DNA of 64,000 nucleotides from the human T2T-CHM13v2.0 reference genome, Homo sapiens: NCBI RefSeq assembly GCF_009914755.1, contig NC_060938.1; one strand, 5' to 3'. Shown piece by piece: positions 15,346 to 36,145 of this stretch (position 1 is its first letter; each line of letters starts with the position of its first letter). The notes under the pieces were generated by a model. It saw only the letters and a program-made list of their open reading frames with translations, ran no database searches and was not told where the DNA came from. The position numbers and the translations under genes were made by a program.

Positions 15346-16139
15346 AGGAGCGAATATAGCCCAGCTTTATTCATGGAGGGCAGAAGAGTGGGGAAAGTGA
15401 AGGGCCAGGGGGCAGGGCTACGGACCTAGGTGGCTCACCCCACACAGGGATTACTATCTGTCCAGAGGTGGGGTCCAGGGTAAGAGCCTGAAATCCAACC
15501 CTGTGTCTTTGGAAAACTGTGGGGAATTCTAACTCTCATCTTGGCACTGGGATAAGAACCAGACAGTGGAAGGTGTGCTTGATCTGCATGCTGTGAGGAC
15601 CAGAGTCCTGGACTAGATGGGCTATGGACATGCAAGTATTCCATTTGAGCCAGACGGTAACAGCCACTCCTTCTCCCTCCAGGACAACACTTCCTTTCTC
15701 ATCCTGAGGCCAAGTGCTAGACTAAAGCCCCTAAAAGCCAGGCAATCACTTTGTGCCGCAGTTTTGAGTGTCATCTTGCAGAAAGGATTTAGGGAAAGGT
15801 GCAGTGACACACTTCCTCTCCCTTCTCTGGGGGAGGTAGGACAGGCCAAGGACTCCTACTTCCTGGCCTATAAAATGTCTGGTCCAGGCTGGATAGGTTG
15901 ACTCCACAGGCAGACTTAATAAGGGAAGGAGGAACGATTGCTCCTTGTGATTCAGATGAAAGGGCTCATGTGGAGGGCGGGGTAGGGTGGGAAGTGGGCT
16001 GACCTGCACAGCACCCCCTCCTACTTTCAGAGTTGTCTCCATTTCCCCATTTGTGGCCTGGGTACCCCTGGCAACTCTGAGTAGCTAGCATTCCCTGGGT
16101 GAGCCTAGCCAGCAGGTGCACTCCCCAAAATGGTTCGAC

Positions 16140-21310
<5,171 letters not shown>

Positions 21311-21584
21311 TCCCCAGGAAGTCCCAAGTTCTCCAAGTTCCAGGGAGAATAGGAGAGGGAAGATAGTGACATATAAACCAGAAAGGACTAGAAAATGAAC
21401 TCTGCATTTACCAAGTACCCAATACTCTCCTCCCACCTCAGAGGACAACTGTGGTGTTTAAAGGCCAACAGAAAAGCCCGTGTTGCTGGAGCAGCGCAAA
21501 CAAGGAATTGAGTAGCAGATCAAAGTGGTAGGCAGGGAAGGGCAGAGTGGATCACAGAGGGTCTCACAGGCCTTTAAATAGACT

Positions 21585-22213
21585 GGCCAGCCGCCCTGTC
21601 CGGGAGGGAGGTGGGGGGCGCCTCTGCCTGGCCGCCCCTTCTGGGAAGTGAGGAGCCCCTCTGCCCGGCCGCCACCCGGTCTGGGAGGTGTACCCAACAG
21701 CTCATTGAGAACGGGCCATGATGACGATGGCGGTTTTGTCAAATAGAAAAGTGGGAAATGTGGGGAAAAGATAGAGAAATCGGATTGTTGCTGTGTCTGT
21801 GTAGAAAGAAGTAGACATGGGAGACTCCATTTTGTTCTGTACTAAGAAAAATTCTTCTGCCTTGGGATGCTGTTAATCTATAACCTTACCCCCAACCCCG
21901 TGCTCTCTGAAACATGTGCTGTGTCCACTCAGGGTTAAATGGATTAAGGGCGGTGCAAGATGTGTTTTGTTAAACAGATGCTTGAAGGCAGCATGCTGGT
22001 TAAGAGTCATCACCACTCCCTAATCTCAAGTACCCAGGGGCACAAACACCGCGGAAGGCGGCAGGGCCCTCTGCCTAGGAAAACCAGAGACCTTTGTTCA
22101 CATGTTTATCTGCTGACCTTCCCTCCACTATTGTCCTATGACCCTGCCAAATCCCCCTCTCCGAGAAACACCCAAGAATGATCAATAAATACTAAAAAAA
22201 AATAAATAAAAAG
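21585..22213 (+). mobile_element. Truncated SVA retrotransposon (VNTR edge plus a SINE-R / HERV-K-derived region with an internal deletion, and a poly-A tail).
   Basis: GCCGCCCTGTCCGGGAGGGAGGTGGGGGGCGCCTCTGCC...AACGGGCCATGATGACGATGGCGGTTTTGTC...GAGAAACACCCAAGAATGATCAATAAATACTAAAAAAAA. Confidence 0.75.
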
Positions 22214-22299
22214 ACTCTGGTTTTTCTTTTGATGTAAGAAAGCACTGAAGGTTTTGAGCAGAAGAGTAACATGATCTGGCTTCCACGCTAACACTATTC

Positions 22300-23210
22300 A
22301 CTCTGGCTGCTATGTGGAGAATTGACTCTAAGTTGGCAATGGGGAAAGGAGAAGGAGCAGCTACTGCAATAATCTTGAAGACACATAATTCTGGCTTGAT
22401 CTACAGTGGCAGCAGTGGAAGTGAGGAGAAATGGAATTCTGGATGTATTTTGAAGGTAGAGCCAAGAGGATTTGATTAATTGGAGAAGAAAGAAAACTGA
22501 CAAAGATACTTTGACATGAACAACTAGAATGGAGTTGTCGTTGACAGAAATAAGAAAGACTACAGGACTAAGTTGGGGAAAGAATAAGTGCAATTTTGAA
22601 TATGTTAAATTTGAGACGCCTATTAAGCATCCAAGTGGAGGTGCCAATGAGCAGCTAGGTATTTGGGATAGAAGTCCAGGTTGGAACTATAACTGGGAGT
22701 AACCCCCATCAAAATGATTTTAATGTATACAACTAGATGAAGTCACTACAGGTGTATGTGTAAAGAGAGCAGTCTGAGGACTAAACTCTGTGGAGATGAG
22801 GAGAAACTAGCAAAGGAGATTAAGAAAGGGCAGTCAGTAAGCTAGGAGGCAGACCAGAGAATGCATCCTAAAGCCAAGTAAGGAAACTTTTCAAAGAGGG
22901 AGTGTCAAATGCTGCTGATAGCTTCTGAGGATGAAGAATACGCCATTAGATTTAGCTATGTGCAGGTCATCAGTGACTGTGATAAGAATAGTTTTGGTGG
23001 AGATTTAATAGGGAACTGGTGGAGAGAAATTGAAGACAAGTCTTTCTAAGTTTTGCTGTAAAGTGGAACAGAAAAATGGGAAGCAGCTGGAAGGGCAAAT
23101 GGGGACAAGCAGGCATTATTTGTAAAATGAGGAAAACAGTGGCATATTTGTGGACGGCAGGATTCAGGAGAGAAGGAAATACTGACTCTCCAGGAAAAGA
23201 GGGAGAATTA
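22300..23210. repeat. Ancient interspersed repeat, family not resolved (recognisable widespread consensus GTTAAATTTGAGA.GCCTATTA..CATCCAAGTGGAG...GTGTCAAATGCTGCTGATAG).
   Basis: Recalled similarity to a common mammalian-wide repeat consensus. The class cannot be assigned without RepeatMasker. Confidence 0.3.
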
Positions 23211-23214
23211 TCCC

Positions 23215-23493
23215 TTTTTTTGAGAAAGAGTCTTGCTCTGTCACTCAGGCTGGCATGCAGTGGCACAATCTTGGCTCACTGCAACCTCCGCCTCCTGGGT
23301 TCAAGTGATTCTCGTGCCCAAGTAGTTGGGATTACAGGCATGCAACATCATGCCAGCTGATTTTTTGTATTTTTAGTAGAGGGGTTTCACCATGCTGGTC
23401 AGGCTGGTCTTGAACTCCTGGCCTCAAGTGATCCACCCGCCTTGGCCTCCCAGTGCTGGGATTACAGGGGTGAGCCACTGCAACCAGCCCTGA
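23215..23493 (-). mobile_element. Alu SINE.
   Basis: Alu consensus in minus orientation. Confidence 0.85.
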
Positions 23494-24808
23494 CTTCTAA
23501 TCAGTAAAATATCCTCCTATCCACGGTGACAATCCAGTGTCCTCTGAGAAGCAAAATCAGCTCTGGTTGAGAACCACTGGTTTATGGTAACAGGAGGAAG
23601 GCAGAGTACATGGGTACAGATACTGGAAGATGGTTAGTTTCAGGGGCAAAAGCTTGTAAATGTATACTGATTGTTTCTATTTTCTTACTGAAATAGGAAC
23701 TAAGGTAAGAGTCAGAATAGGGGGAGATGTTAAGAGATTTGAGGGGTCAGAAGGTATGAAACAGTCACTAGAAAAGAGGGCAAGTGAAAGGACTAGAGAG
23801 ATGGCATATTTCTGGGTGGCATAAAGGACCCATTTTAGTGTCATGGTCGTAAGTTTGAAGTAAGATCAGTCAGCATGGCTATTTTTTACTAGCCCTTTCA
23901 GCTGCATGGGTCTAAAGTAGGTGATGAGTTGAATATCACAAAAGCAAAAGAGGGGAAGGGAAATGAGGTGGATTATGGGAATTTAGCTGAAGGAGGGAAA
24001 TAAAAATACGTGGGGGATAAAATCTGCAGAAAGGAAGTATGATCAATGGACCGTAGGTCCTGGTGAAGGGATGAACTGTTGGATTTAGCATACTAAAGAA
24101 AATGAACTGGAAGAACAGGAGGTGGTGGTAGTCGAGAGTGGGACGTCTGAAACTGAGATGTGGAGGATCTGCAGCTCCAGAACATGACCAAGGAAATAAG
24201 TGGCTGAAGCGGGTGTTAGTATGATCTACCTGAATACTGAAATAAGATTTATGACAAACGTGGTGTTCGTATGGTAGTTTCTTTCAAAGCAGAAGGGTAC
24301 TAGGGATGAGGGATAATGGTCTGGAAACAGTATGAGGACACGTGCACCACCTCCAGGCCCAGTGGTACAATGGGTGTGGAAGGGAAAATGCCACCACTAC
24401 TGAGGTGGTAGGAGAAGCAGAGTCCTCATAAGAAACCAAGTCTGAAGAGCATAAATGTGAAGGGAACGTTCAGAGAAGAGGTTGAGGACACAGAGAATTT
24501 GACAAATGACTGGCCATCAGTTCCAGAGGGCACAGTGGAAGAGCTTCTAGAGTTGGAAAAGGTAGGTAGATGGAGACAAAACAGAGTGGAGATACATGGT
24601 TATTAAGTGTAAAAGATGAGATGACTCAGTAGTTTAGGACTAATTGTGATGATTGATATCAACATCAATAAGATTAAGGGTATGAGATTCGTTCTGTTGT
24701 TTGTGGTACGGAGGGATGTGCATCTGCGGGCATTCCTCAAGCCTGCCGATGGATGTGCATGTAGGAGAAAGTATACGGAGTAGAGGCAGTTTTAGAGTTA
24801 CAAGTTAG

Positions 24809-25161
<353 letters not shown>

Positions 25162-25236
25162 TGAGAGAATGAATGTAAAGCAGTTAGCACGGGACCCGAT
25201 GCTATAATAATAGTTATGATACTACTATTGTTGCCA

Positions 25237-25345
25237 GGCACAATGGCATCCTTACTCAGGAGGCTGAGGTGGTAAGACTGCTTGAGCCCAGTTCGAGACC
25301 AGCCTGGGAAACACAGCAAGATTCCGTTTCTTAAAAAAAAAAAAA
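25237..25345 (+). mobile_element. Alu fragment (right-arm end with poly-A).
   Basis: …CAGGAGGCTGAGGTGG…GAGACCAGCCTGGGAAACACAGCAAGATTCCGTTTCTTAAAAAAAAA. Confidence 0.6.
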
Positions 25346-25469
25346 AGATACCTCATTCTTGGTTCCACAGCAGCAAGCTCCAACAAGAATTTATCCAGCA
25401 CCAAATCTACATTGGTCCTGAACAACACAATCCAATCACCAACATACAAAACCAAAAAACCAAAAATAT

Positions 25470-25475
25470 TTTATT
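25470..25475 (-). terminator. OSGEP: Probable OSGEP polyadenylation signal (AATAAA on the minus strand), about 150 nt after the stop.
   Basis: Plus-strand tttatt at 25470-25475. Confidence 0.5.
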
Positions 25476-25627
25476 GCTGAGTCATCCTGGGGTTCCATAA
25501 AGGACCCCAAGCCTTGCTTGGAGTCTATAGCTTTGCTAGGACTCCCATGACATCAGGATAGAGATTGAGGCACGGGGTCCTTTGGGTTCCGATTAAGGAA
25601 CTATCTACTCTGATTCTGTTGATCTTA

Positions 25628-25667
25628 TTAGTCCCTCCAGGTCACCTCTACTTCATCTGTCCGATAC
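25628..25667 (-). CDS. OSGEP: OSGEP terminal coding exon (RYRTDEVEVTWRD, stop TAA = rc of 25628-25630).
   Basis: Acceptor ccacag | GTATCGGACAG. The 11 exons together give a 1008-nt CDS (335 aa plus stop). Confidence 0.88.
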
Positions 25668-25808
25668 CTGTGGAAAAACAGAAGAAACATGGTGGAGAGC
25701 GAGCCCTTAACATCCTTCATTCTTCTCTGCCCTCATGTTCCTGGACTCTTCCCTGCTGTTTTTGTCTATGTCCCAATAATCTACCCTCACCAAGAGGTGA
25801 ATCACTCA

Positions 25809-25952
<144 letters not shown>

Positions 25953-26001
25953 TCACTATAACAGGAGAAGTAAAAAAGAAACCAAAGGGAAAGTGTCTTT
26001 A

Positions 26002-26106
<105 letters not shown>

Positions 26107-26280
26107 TTAGTTTTAGCCATCTCTTCATGGTCCAGCAGAACACGTCATGTGCACTCACTTAGAACAATGACATAGGGGATTAGGGGCAAGGATTGGGAAG
26201 CCTACTCCAAACGCTTAATGATTTAGAGTACCAGGAGGAAGACGCATAGTGTTAAGAATAGGAAAGAGGAACACTTTTCA

Positions 26281-26385
<105 letters not shown>

Positions 26386-26493
26386 TCAGGGACAGATAAG
26401 GAGAAAATATTAGAGGGGCATCCCAGATTAGTTCTGCTCTACAATATAAAACCTTCAGCCCCAACTTTCTGTCCCAGCTTTTTACTGCATTAC

Positions 26494-26559
26494 CTGCAGG
26501 GAGAAACACAGATCCTCAGGAGTACACTCGCCTGTGGCCAGCATCCGATGGGCTACATC
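26494..26559 (-). CDS. OSGEP: OSGEP coding exon 7 (DVAHRMLATGECTPEDLCFSLQ).
   Basis: Acceptor attgtag | GATGTAGCC. Donor CTGCAG | gtaatg. 66 nt, in frame. Confidence 0.88.
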
Positions 26560-27075
26560 CTACAATTAAAGGGAAAAACAAAAGAATCAACAAATCATGG
26601 TTTTGGGATTACACGAGAGCAAAAATTAATGCATTCGGAGGGTCATCATGTTTCACCACAATTCAAGTTACCAGCACATCCTGTACCACATTCCCTTCAC
26701 TGGCATCATGGCATAGAATGAGCAGCTTTCATTTAAGATGCAATCATTACTTTTTGAATACTTGTCCTGACATCTCTCACCCCTTACTTATCCTGCTTAA
26801 TTTTTCACCTGTACTCATCATCATCTGGCACTTCATTATTTTCCTCTTTCTTATCTCCCCCGCCCCCCATTTAGAATCTAAGCTCCATGTAGACAGGGAT
26901 TTTTGTTTTGCTCCATGCTGCATCTCTACTATCCAGAACAGCATCTGGCACACAGAGATATTCAATGAATACCTTCTAAATGAATTTACCCAGCACATGA
27001 TATGGACCAGTACTGTGCTACATGAATATACTGAGCTATACGAAATATAATCGTAAGTAAAACAGATATGCTTCA

Positions 27076-27225
<150 letters not shown>

Positions 27226-27351
27226 CTAAGCCTACAGTCAGCTGGCTTCTCACCCTCCAAAGCCCGTCCCAAATTTTGTTAATATATACCGTATATGGGG
27301 AAATCCCTGAAGCCCCAGCAGCCAGCCTGCTTCCACCTTATGTCCCCTTAC

Positions 27352-27401
27352 CGCTTTGCCATCTGTTCAATGTTGTATCCTGGACTTGGGTCGTTAGAAA
27401 T
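27352..27401 (-). CDS. OSGEP: OSGEP coding exon 5 (ISNDPSPGYNIEQMAK + CG).
   Basis: Acceptor ctag | ATTTCTAAC. Donor GCAAAGCG | gtaagg. Confidence 0.88.
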
Positions 27402-27477
27402 CTAGCAGAAGAAAAAAATAAGGAAGGAGGGAATGGAAGAGGATGAAATCAGATATGCAGGAAGCATAAGAAGCTCA

Positions 27478-27654
<177 letters not shown>

Positions 27655-28039
27655 CTAAGGGTGATGAGGATGTCCATGAAACCCCAAGTCTGTAAAGAGG
27701 ATTATTTGGCTTTGGGAGAAAAACATAGCAGAGGATCAACATGACCACCAGGGCTTCCAATAAGAAGTGGAAGAAAGGTGTTTCCCAAATGGTGAATGGG
27801 TAGTTTTTACAGCTCTGATTTGAGAAGAAATCTGTATACCCTGAGGATTCCAGGAACAGATTCCTAGACAGTGTAGGTTCAGGCAGAAATAAATTGTCAT
27901 TTCAAATACATTGGTTTTCCGGCTTAGAAGTTCCTAATATATCCCTTAAATGCAGTCTTGATAGTAGGTAACTGGCTTTTCTGCTTGGAGGCAGAGAACA
28001 TGAATCCTTCTAAATTATGACACAGTGGCAGTGGTAATT

Positions 28040-28316
28040 TTTTTTTGAGACAGGGTCTCGCTCTGTCTCCCAGGCTGGAGTGGAGTGGTGTGATCATAGC
28101 TCACTGTAGCCTCCACCTCCTAGGCTCAAAGGATCCTCCCACCTCAGCTTCCTGAGTAGCTGGGCTACCATGTGTGGCTTATTTTTATATTTTTGTAGAG
28201 ATGGGGGTCTCACTATGTTGCCCAGCCTGGTCTCAAACTCCTGGTCTCAAGCAATCTACCTGCCTCAGCCTCTCAAAGTGCTGGGATTATAGGTGTGAAC
28301 CACCGTATGCAGCTGG
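28040..28316 (-). mobile_element. Alu SINE (OSGEP intron).
   Basis: Alu consensus in minus orientation. Confidence 0.85.
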
Positions 28317-28382
28317 GCAGTGGTATTTAGAACCAAGAAGCGGAGCTGAAGAACTCAAAAATCTCATATGGAGTCAGACTAA

Positions 28383-28655
<273 letters not shown>

Positions 28656-29201
28656 TGACACATATTCTGCAGACTTATAACACCGAGGGCTTCCTACGAA
28701 CCTTAAGAAGTCCCTTTCCCTTCCCAGTGCTGTTAGGGATTTCTTCCCTTTCTGATACAGATCTTAATCTGCTGTCAAAAAGACAGTAACAAAGGCGAAG
28801 GAAAAATCCTGCCTTTCTGCTTCTGCTCTCCACTCCTCTCCACCTAATCACCCTCCCTGTTTCTTACACCTAAGCAAACATTAAAAGAGAAGAGGAAGAC
28901 AAAACCGTCACTGCTCCTTTTCATCAACTCTTGTAGCCTCCATTATACTTTCCACAACCCAAGTCTCTGACCTTGTATGTCATCCTTCAGGCCTCAACCA
29001 ACTACTTGCCCTCTACCTGCTGAAGTTTCTGCATCATTTTCATGGGAAACATGTGCCTCATCTTCTCGACACAACCCTTTCATGAGCTGGGGACAATGCT
29101 GAACTATTTCTAATGATAATCAAGTGTTCTGTTGGAAAAGAATCCAATCCCAACCTTAAAAAGGTCATATAAGGTAACCCAAACAACTTTAGCTTCACCT
29201 A

Positions 29202-29535
<334 letters not shown>

Positions 29536-29681
29536 CCTTCTATAATTTACAAAGTATTTTTTAAAGTTATTTATATTTCTAAACTCTTAGAATAACAAAG
29601 TCTACATAATCATTCCCAGTAATATAAAAACAAAACATGTACTTGCCCCAAAATAATAAATCAGGTAGTGTCCTTTAGTTG

Positions 29682-29995
29682 TTTTTTTTTGTTTTTTGTT
29701 TGTTTGTTTGTTTGAGACGGAGTTTTGCTCTTGTTGCCCAGGCTGGAATGCAATGGTGCGATCTCGGTTCACCGCAACTTCTGCCTCCTGGGTTCAAGTG
29801 ATTCTCCTGCCCAGCCTCCGGAGTTGCTAGGATTACAGGCACCTGCCACCACACCAAATTAATTTTTGTTATTTTTAGTACAGATGGGGTTTTGCCATGT
29901 TGGCCAGGCTGGGCTCAAACTCCTGACCTCAGATGATCCACCTGCCTCGACCTCCCAAAGTGCTGGAATTACAGGCATGAGTTGCCATACCCAGC
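29682..29995 (-). mobile_element. Alu SINE (OSGEP intron), inverted relative to the Alu at 29221.
   Basis: (GTTT)n/poly-T then GAGACGGAGTTTTGCTCTTGTTGCCCAGG... Confidence 0.85.
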
Positions 29996-30363
29996 AACTG
30001 TTAGTTTCAATTGCTAAGATTTATAGAAAAAATAAGCTTCAAAATAATGCAAGAGCTTTCAGATATTCATTATTTTGAAGATTTCAATCCTTTTCAATCC
30101 CATTCATTCCTTTCCTGAAGTAGAAATTCCTAATCTTTATAATCAGATATAAAGTCTGATAATGATAAGCCATCTAATGTTCTGATCATGCTGCCAAAAT
30201 TTGCAATGTTACAAACTCTGTTGGGGGTTTTCTGGTCTACAGTATTTTAGGTTCAGATAAGTCCATCTTTGTTTCTGACATTCCCATGACTCAGATAGAA
30301 CAAAGAAAATACTGGTTCAGTGCCTCAGAAATTGAGATGGAGTGGGTAGAGCCCTCTAAATAC

Positions 30364-30539
30364 CTGCGTATTTCCTCCACTCACATACAACACGGTTGGG
30401 CTGGTGGCTCCAGTGATGAGGCGGCCCATCTCAATGTGGCCTATACAGTGGTTCACACCCACCAATGGCTTATTCCACAGCTGGGCCACAGTACGGGCCA
30501 CAACAGCCACAGAAACCAGTGGGGCACCCATGCCAGGGC
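30364..30539 (-). CDS. OSGEP: OSGEP coding exon 3 ([59 protein letters not shown]).
   Basis: Same frame as ORF-track entry 30325..30603 (-). Acceptor ccctag | GCCCTGG. Donor CAG | gtattt. Confidence 0.9.
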
Positions 30540-30669
30540 CTAGGGAGATAGAAATGGAAGTTATAATCCTGGAGATTGGAAAAAAACAATAGGTGGGGGA
30601 CATAAGGGATGTGAGGTGGGGTAGGGGTAGTGATGGTGGCAGAGGTAAGGTGTTGGCTATTTTGACCTA

Positions 30670-30864
<195 letters not shown>

Positions 30865-31099
30865 TCACAGGGATTTTCTGTAGCAAAGGTAGGTAGGAAG
30901 TTAAAGAAAGCAACAGGAGTTTTAGTGATGTAGTAAGAGTCCTTTCACTTTCCCCAAGCATCCTATCTTCCACATTTTCAGATCTACTCTTTCCGGCTTC
31001 TATATAGGCTATTCAACTTTCAGAAATGCTCTTCTTCTTACCCTACTCAGCCTTCAGGTCTCAATGCAAGTGGTATCTACCTCATACCCTTTCGTGATC

Positions 31100-31397
<298 letters not shown>

Positions 31398-31748
31398 TTT
31401 GGTGATCTTCTTTCTCTGTGACCCTACAGAACTCTATGCATGATGATGTCATTTATTTAACATAACAATTACAGCATTATAATTTTCTGTGGTTTGCTCA
31501 GCTTAATCATGAATATCTCAAAGCATTGAGTATTTTATTTATCTTTGTATTCCCAGTGCCCAAGTGCCCAGAGGAGTGAATGCTAAACATACATATATAT
31601 TTCTAGTGAGTATCTGTCACAACATCACCTGTTCAGGGAGGCTTTTCAGATACATGCAAGTCAGCTGCCCTCTCCTATGTATGCAAGTGTTTGAGGGGAG
31701 AGTAGCAAGATATAATAGCTTATTTAAAATATCAATTAAAAGTTGTAA

Positions 31749-32058
<310 letters not shown>

Positions 32059-32078
32059 GTGTTTGGTACTTTCATCTA

Positions 32079-32462
<384 letters not shown>

Positions 32463-32955
32463 TTAATATGAATATAGCAAAGCCAGCCAGTTCTGTCTGA
32501 CATGTAAGCCGGGAGTCTTTCCACTCTCATCTCTCTACTCATCCTAGAATATTTCAAAAAATAATTTTTTTTTTAAAAAGGGAGTGTATATTCAGGGCAA
32601 CTGGAATCTATACTCCTGCTAAGCGTTTTTTAAACAGAATATTTCGAGTCCATCTCTATTATACTGTTTATCATGCTGTAGTATAAACATCTATTTATAT
32701 GTCTGACTCCACAGCAGTATAACATCTATTTCTGAATACTTAGCACATAAAATGCGCTCAGTAAAAGGTAAATGAACTCATCAGATCCACGTCCAAGTGC
32801 CTGTAACTCTTCTAGTCATCAGCCTTGTGACGTTAATAATGTCACATAATTTCAATGAGACTCGGATCGAAAGCTGCACCTCACTAGTATTTAGGAAGAT
32901 GGAAGGCTGATTCTGTGCGGGGAAGTGCGCGGAAAACTCTTAAGTCCCCTACTCA

Positions 32956-33117
<162 letters not shown>

Positions 33118-34037
33118 TCAGGAGCTGTGGAGGTCCTCACTAGTCCGCGCTGGGCCGCAGCTTTCCGGAGCGCAGAGGAAGCTGGCCAGCCTGCAGATAG
33201 CACTGGGAAAGACACCGCGGAACTCCAGCGAGCGGAGACACGCCAAGGCCCCTCCAGGGACCTGTCTTCCTAACTGCCAGGGACGCCGAGCCAACTCTGT
33301 GCCTTACATTCGTATCCGTTTTCCTATCTCTTTCCCGTGGTCCAGCCCAGCCTTCTCCACTGTTTTTTTCCCTCTTGCACAGAGTTAGAATCTTAAGTCA
33401 GTGTCACACAATGTGCTGTGCATCTGGCACAACGATAAACAGCCCGAGGGAGGGTTGGGGACCTAAGTGTCCTAGAGAATTAGAGGAGGGAGGCGAGGCT
33501 AAGCGTCTCCGTCACGTGGTGTCAGACAGACCAATCACGCGCATTCTTCGGCCACGACAAGCGCGCCTCTGATCACGTGACCAGGTCCGCTACCCACGTG
33601 GGGGCTCAGCGTGCACCCTTCTTTGTGCTCGGGTTAGGAGGAGCTAGGCTGCCATCGGGCCGGTGCAGATACGGGGTTGCTCTTTTGCTCATAAGAGGGG
33701 CTTCGCTGGCAGTCTGAACGGCAAGCTTGAGTCAGGACCCTTAATTAAGATCCTCAATTGGCTGGAGGGCAGATCTCGCGAGTAGGGTACAAGGCACTAT
33801 GAAATGATCTAGTTTCGTGGGTGAGGGGCTGAAGGGCCTATGATGCACGGAGGCGGGGAAAGGATTTAGAGATAACGTGGTTTGAAAGGCGGGACCTGGT
33901 GCGGGGACGCTCTTGGGAGGAGTCTTCTCCCCAGCCTTAGCTGGTTTCATGATTTCTTTGCGTCTGTAGGCAACGCGGTAAAAATATTGCTTCGGTGGGT
34001 GACGCGGTACAGCTGCCCAAGGGCGTTCGTAACGGGA

Positions 34038-34095
34038 ATGCCGAAGCGTGGGAAAAAGGGAGCGGTGGCGGAAGACGGGGATGAGCTCAGGACAG
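34038..34095 (+). CDS. APEX1: APEX1 first coding exon (MPKRGKKGAVAEDGDELRT + G).
   Basis: ATG at 34038. Donor ACAG | gtaagg at 34096. Confidence 0.93.
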
Positions 34096-34305
34096 GTAAG
34101 GGAATGAAATCAGCCCTTCTTCCTAGAAGCTGCGGCGGGGGTGTTTGTCATTCCCTTGATGTACGGTAAGTACGGGCCGACTCATTTTTGCAGGGGTTTG
34201 TGAAGAAGTCGCAGGAACCGTAGGCTTTCGTTGGGTCTATAGTTAACGCCGGATCGCAGTTGGAAACCACCAGCTTTTTGTCAGTATATATTACTCATTT
34301 TATAG

Positions 34306-34493
34306 AGCCAGAGGCCAAGAAGAGTAAGACGGCCGCAAAGAAAAATGACAAAGAGGCAGCAGGAGAGGGCCCAGCCCTGTATGAGGACCCCCCAGATCAG
34401 AAAACCTCACCCAGTGGCAAACCTGCCACACTCAAGATCTGCTCTTGGAATGTGGATGGGCTTCGAGCCTGGATTAAGAAGAAAGGATTAGAT
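34306..34493 (+). CDS. APEX1: APEX1 coding exon ([63 protein letters not shown]).
   Basis: Acceptor ttttatag | AGCCAGAGG. Donor TTAGAT | gtgagtgg. Confidence 0.93.
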
Positions 34494-35059
34494 GTGAGTG
34501 GAATTTGAGGGAAAGAGACATTTTTTAGTATTGAATGGTCTTAGGGTTTAGTCACCCCTTTTCTCCGTTTAGCCTTCAGGCTGTTTTATTTTTCTCCTGC
34601 CCGTAGTTTTCTGTGGGGCTTCCCCAGTCTTGCCAGTTGTATTTCCTAAATGTCTGTTCCTTCACTTCCATTGCCATTTTCTTTTTTAGTGTTCTCTCCT
34701 CTTCCCAGAATGTTGCAAAAACCTCTTCACTATACTTCCTCCATTTTATCTTCCTGCATTGCATTCCATATGAAGCATGTCCTCCATTCCATTAACCATA
34801 GCTTAAAAATCTTAGCTTGCTATCCACTGCCTATAGAAAAAACACATCTCCTTGGCATAGCATGTAAGACTTTCTTACCTCTCTATATTTGTTTTCATTT
34901 ATCTAGCTTAGAATTGTTTGAATATTGTGCTGCTTGACTCGAACTCCTTAGGCCAAGAGACTGTTTAACCCGTGCGTATCTATGACTTAGCATATAGATT
35001 ATTCAATAAATGTTCTGCTGAATTGATAATACGTTTTCCACCTTTCTTTTCACTTACAG

Positions 35060-35252
35060 TGGGTAAAGGAAGAAGCCCCAGATATACTGTGCCTTCAAGA
35101 GACCAAATGTTCAGAGAACAAACTACCAGCTGAACTTCAGGAGCTGCCTGGACTCTCTCATCAATACTGGTCAGCTCCTTCGGACAAGGAAGGGTACAGT
35201 GGCGTGGGCCTGCTTTCCCGCCAGTGCCCACTCAAAGTTTCTTACGGCATAG
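35060..35252 (+). CDS. APEX1: APEX1 coding exon ([64 protein letters not shown] + G).
   Basis: Acceptor cacttacag | TGGGTAAAG. Donor GGCATAG | gtgagacc. Confidence 0.93.
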
Positions 35253-35382
35253 GTGAGACCCTATTGATGCCTAATGCCTGAACTCTTCAAAACCAATTGC
35301 TAATTCTCTATCTCTGCCCCACCTCTTGATTGCTTTCCCTTTTCTTATAGTTTTTTATGCTAATTCTGTTTCATTTCTATAG

Positions 35383-35900
35383 GCGATGAGGAGCATGATC
35401 AGGAAGGCCGGGTGATTGTGGCTGAATTTGACTCGTTTGTGCTGGTAACAGCATATGTACCTAATGCAGGCCGAGGTCTGGTACGACTGGAGTACCGGCA
35501 GCGCTGGGATGAAGCCTTTCGCAAGTTCCTGAAGGGCCTGGCTTCCCGAAAGCCCCTTGTGCTGTGTGGAGACCTCAATGTGGCACATGAAGAAATTGAC
35601 CTTCGCAACCCCAAGGGGAACAAAAAGAATGCTGGCTTCACGCCACAAGAGCGCCAAGGCTTCGGGGAATTACTGCAGGCTGTGCCACTGGCTGACAGCT
35701 TTAGGCACCTCTACCCCAACACACCCTATGCCTACACCTTTTGGACTTATATGATGAATGCTCGATCCAAGAATGTTGGTTGGCGCCTTGATTACTTTTT
35801 GTTGTCCCACTCTCTGTTACCTGCATTGTGTGACAGCAAGATCCGTTCCAAGGCCCTCGGCAGTGATCACTGTCCTATCACCCTATACCTAGCACTGTGA
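35383..35900 (+). CDS. APEX1: APEX1 terminal coding exon ([19 protein letters not shown]...[10 protein letters not shown], stop TGA at 35898-35900). Total CDS is 957 nt (318 aa).
   Basis: Acceptor tcatttctatag | GCGATGAGGAG. ORF-track entry 35412..35900 (+) carries the exonuclease-III family C-terminus. Confidence 0.93.
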
Positions 35901-36139
35901 CACCACCCCTAAATCACTTTGAGCCTGGGAAATAAGCCCCCTCAACTACCATTCCTTCTTTAAACACTCTTCAGAGAAATCTGCATTCTATTTCTCATGT
36001 ATAAAACTAGGAATCCTCCAACCAGGCTCCTGTGATAGAGTTCTTTTAAGCCCAAGATTTTTTATTTGAGGGTTTTTTGTTTTTTAAAAAAAAATTGAAC
36101 AAAGACTACTAATGACTTTGTTTGAATTATCCACATGAA

Positions 36140-36145
36140 AATAAA
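36140..36145 (+). terminator. APEX1: Probable APEX1 polyadenylation signal AATAAA, about 240 nt after the stop.
   Basis: gaaaATAAAgagcc at 36137-36150. Confidence 0.55.
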
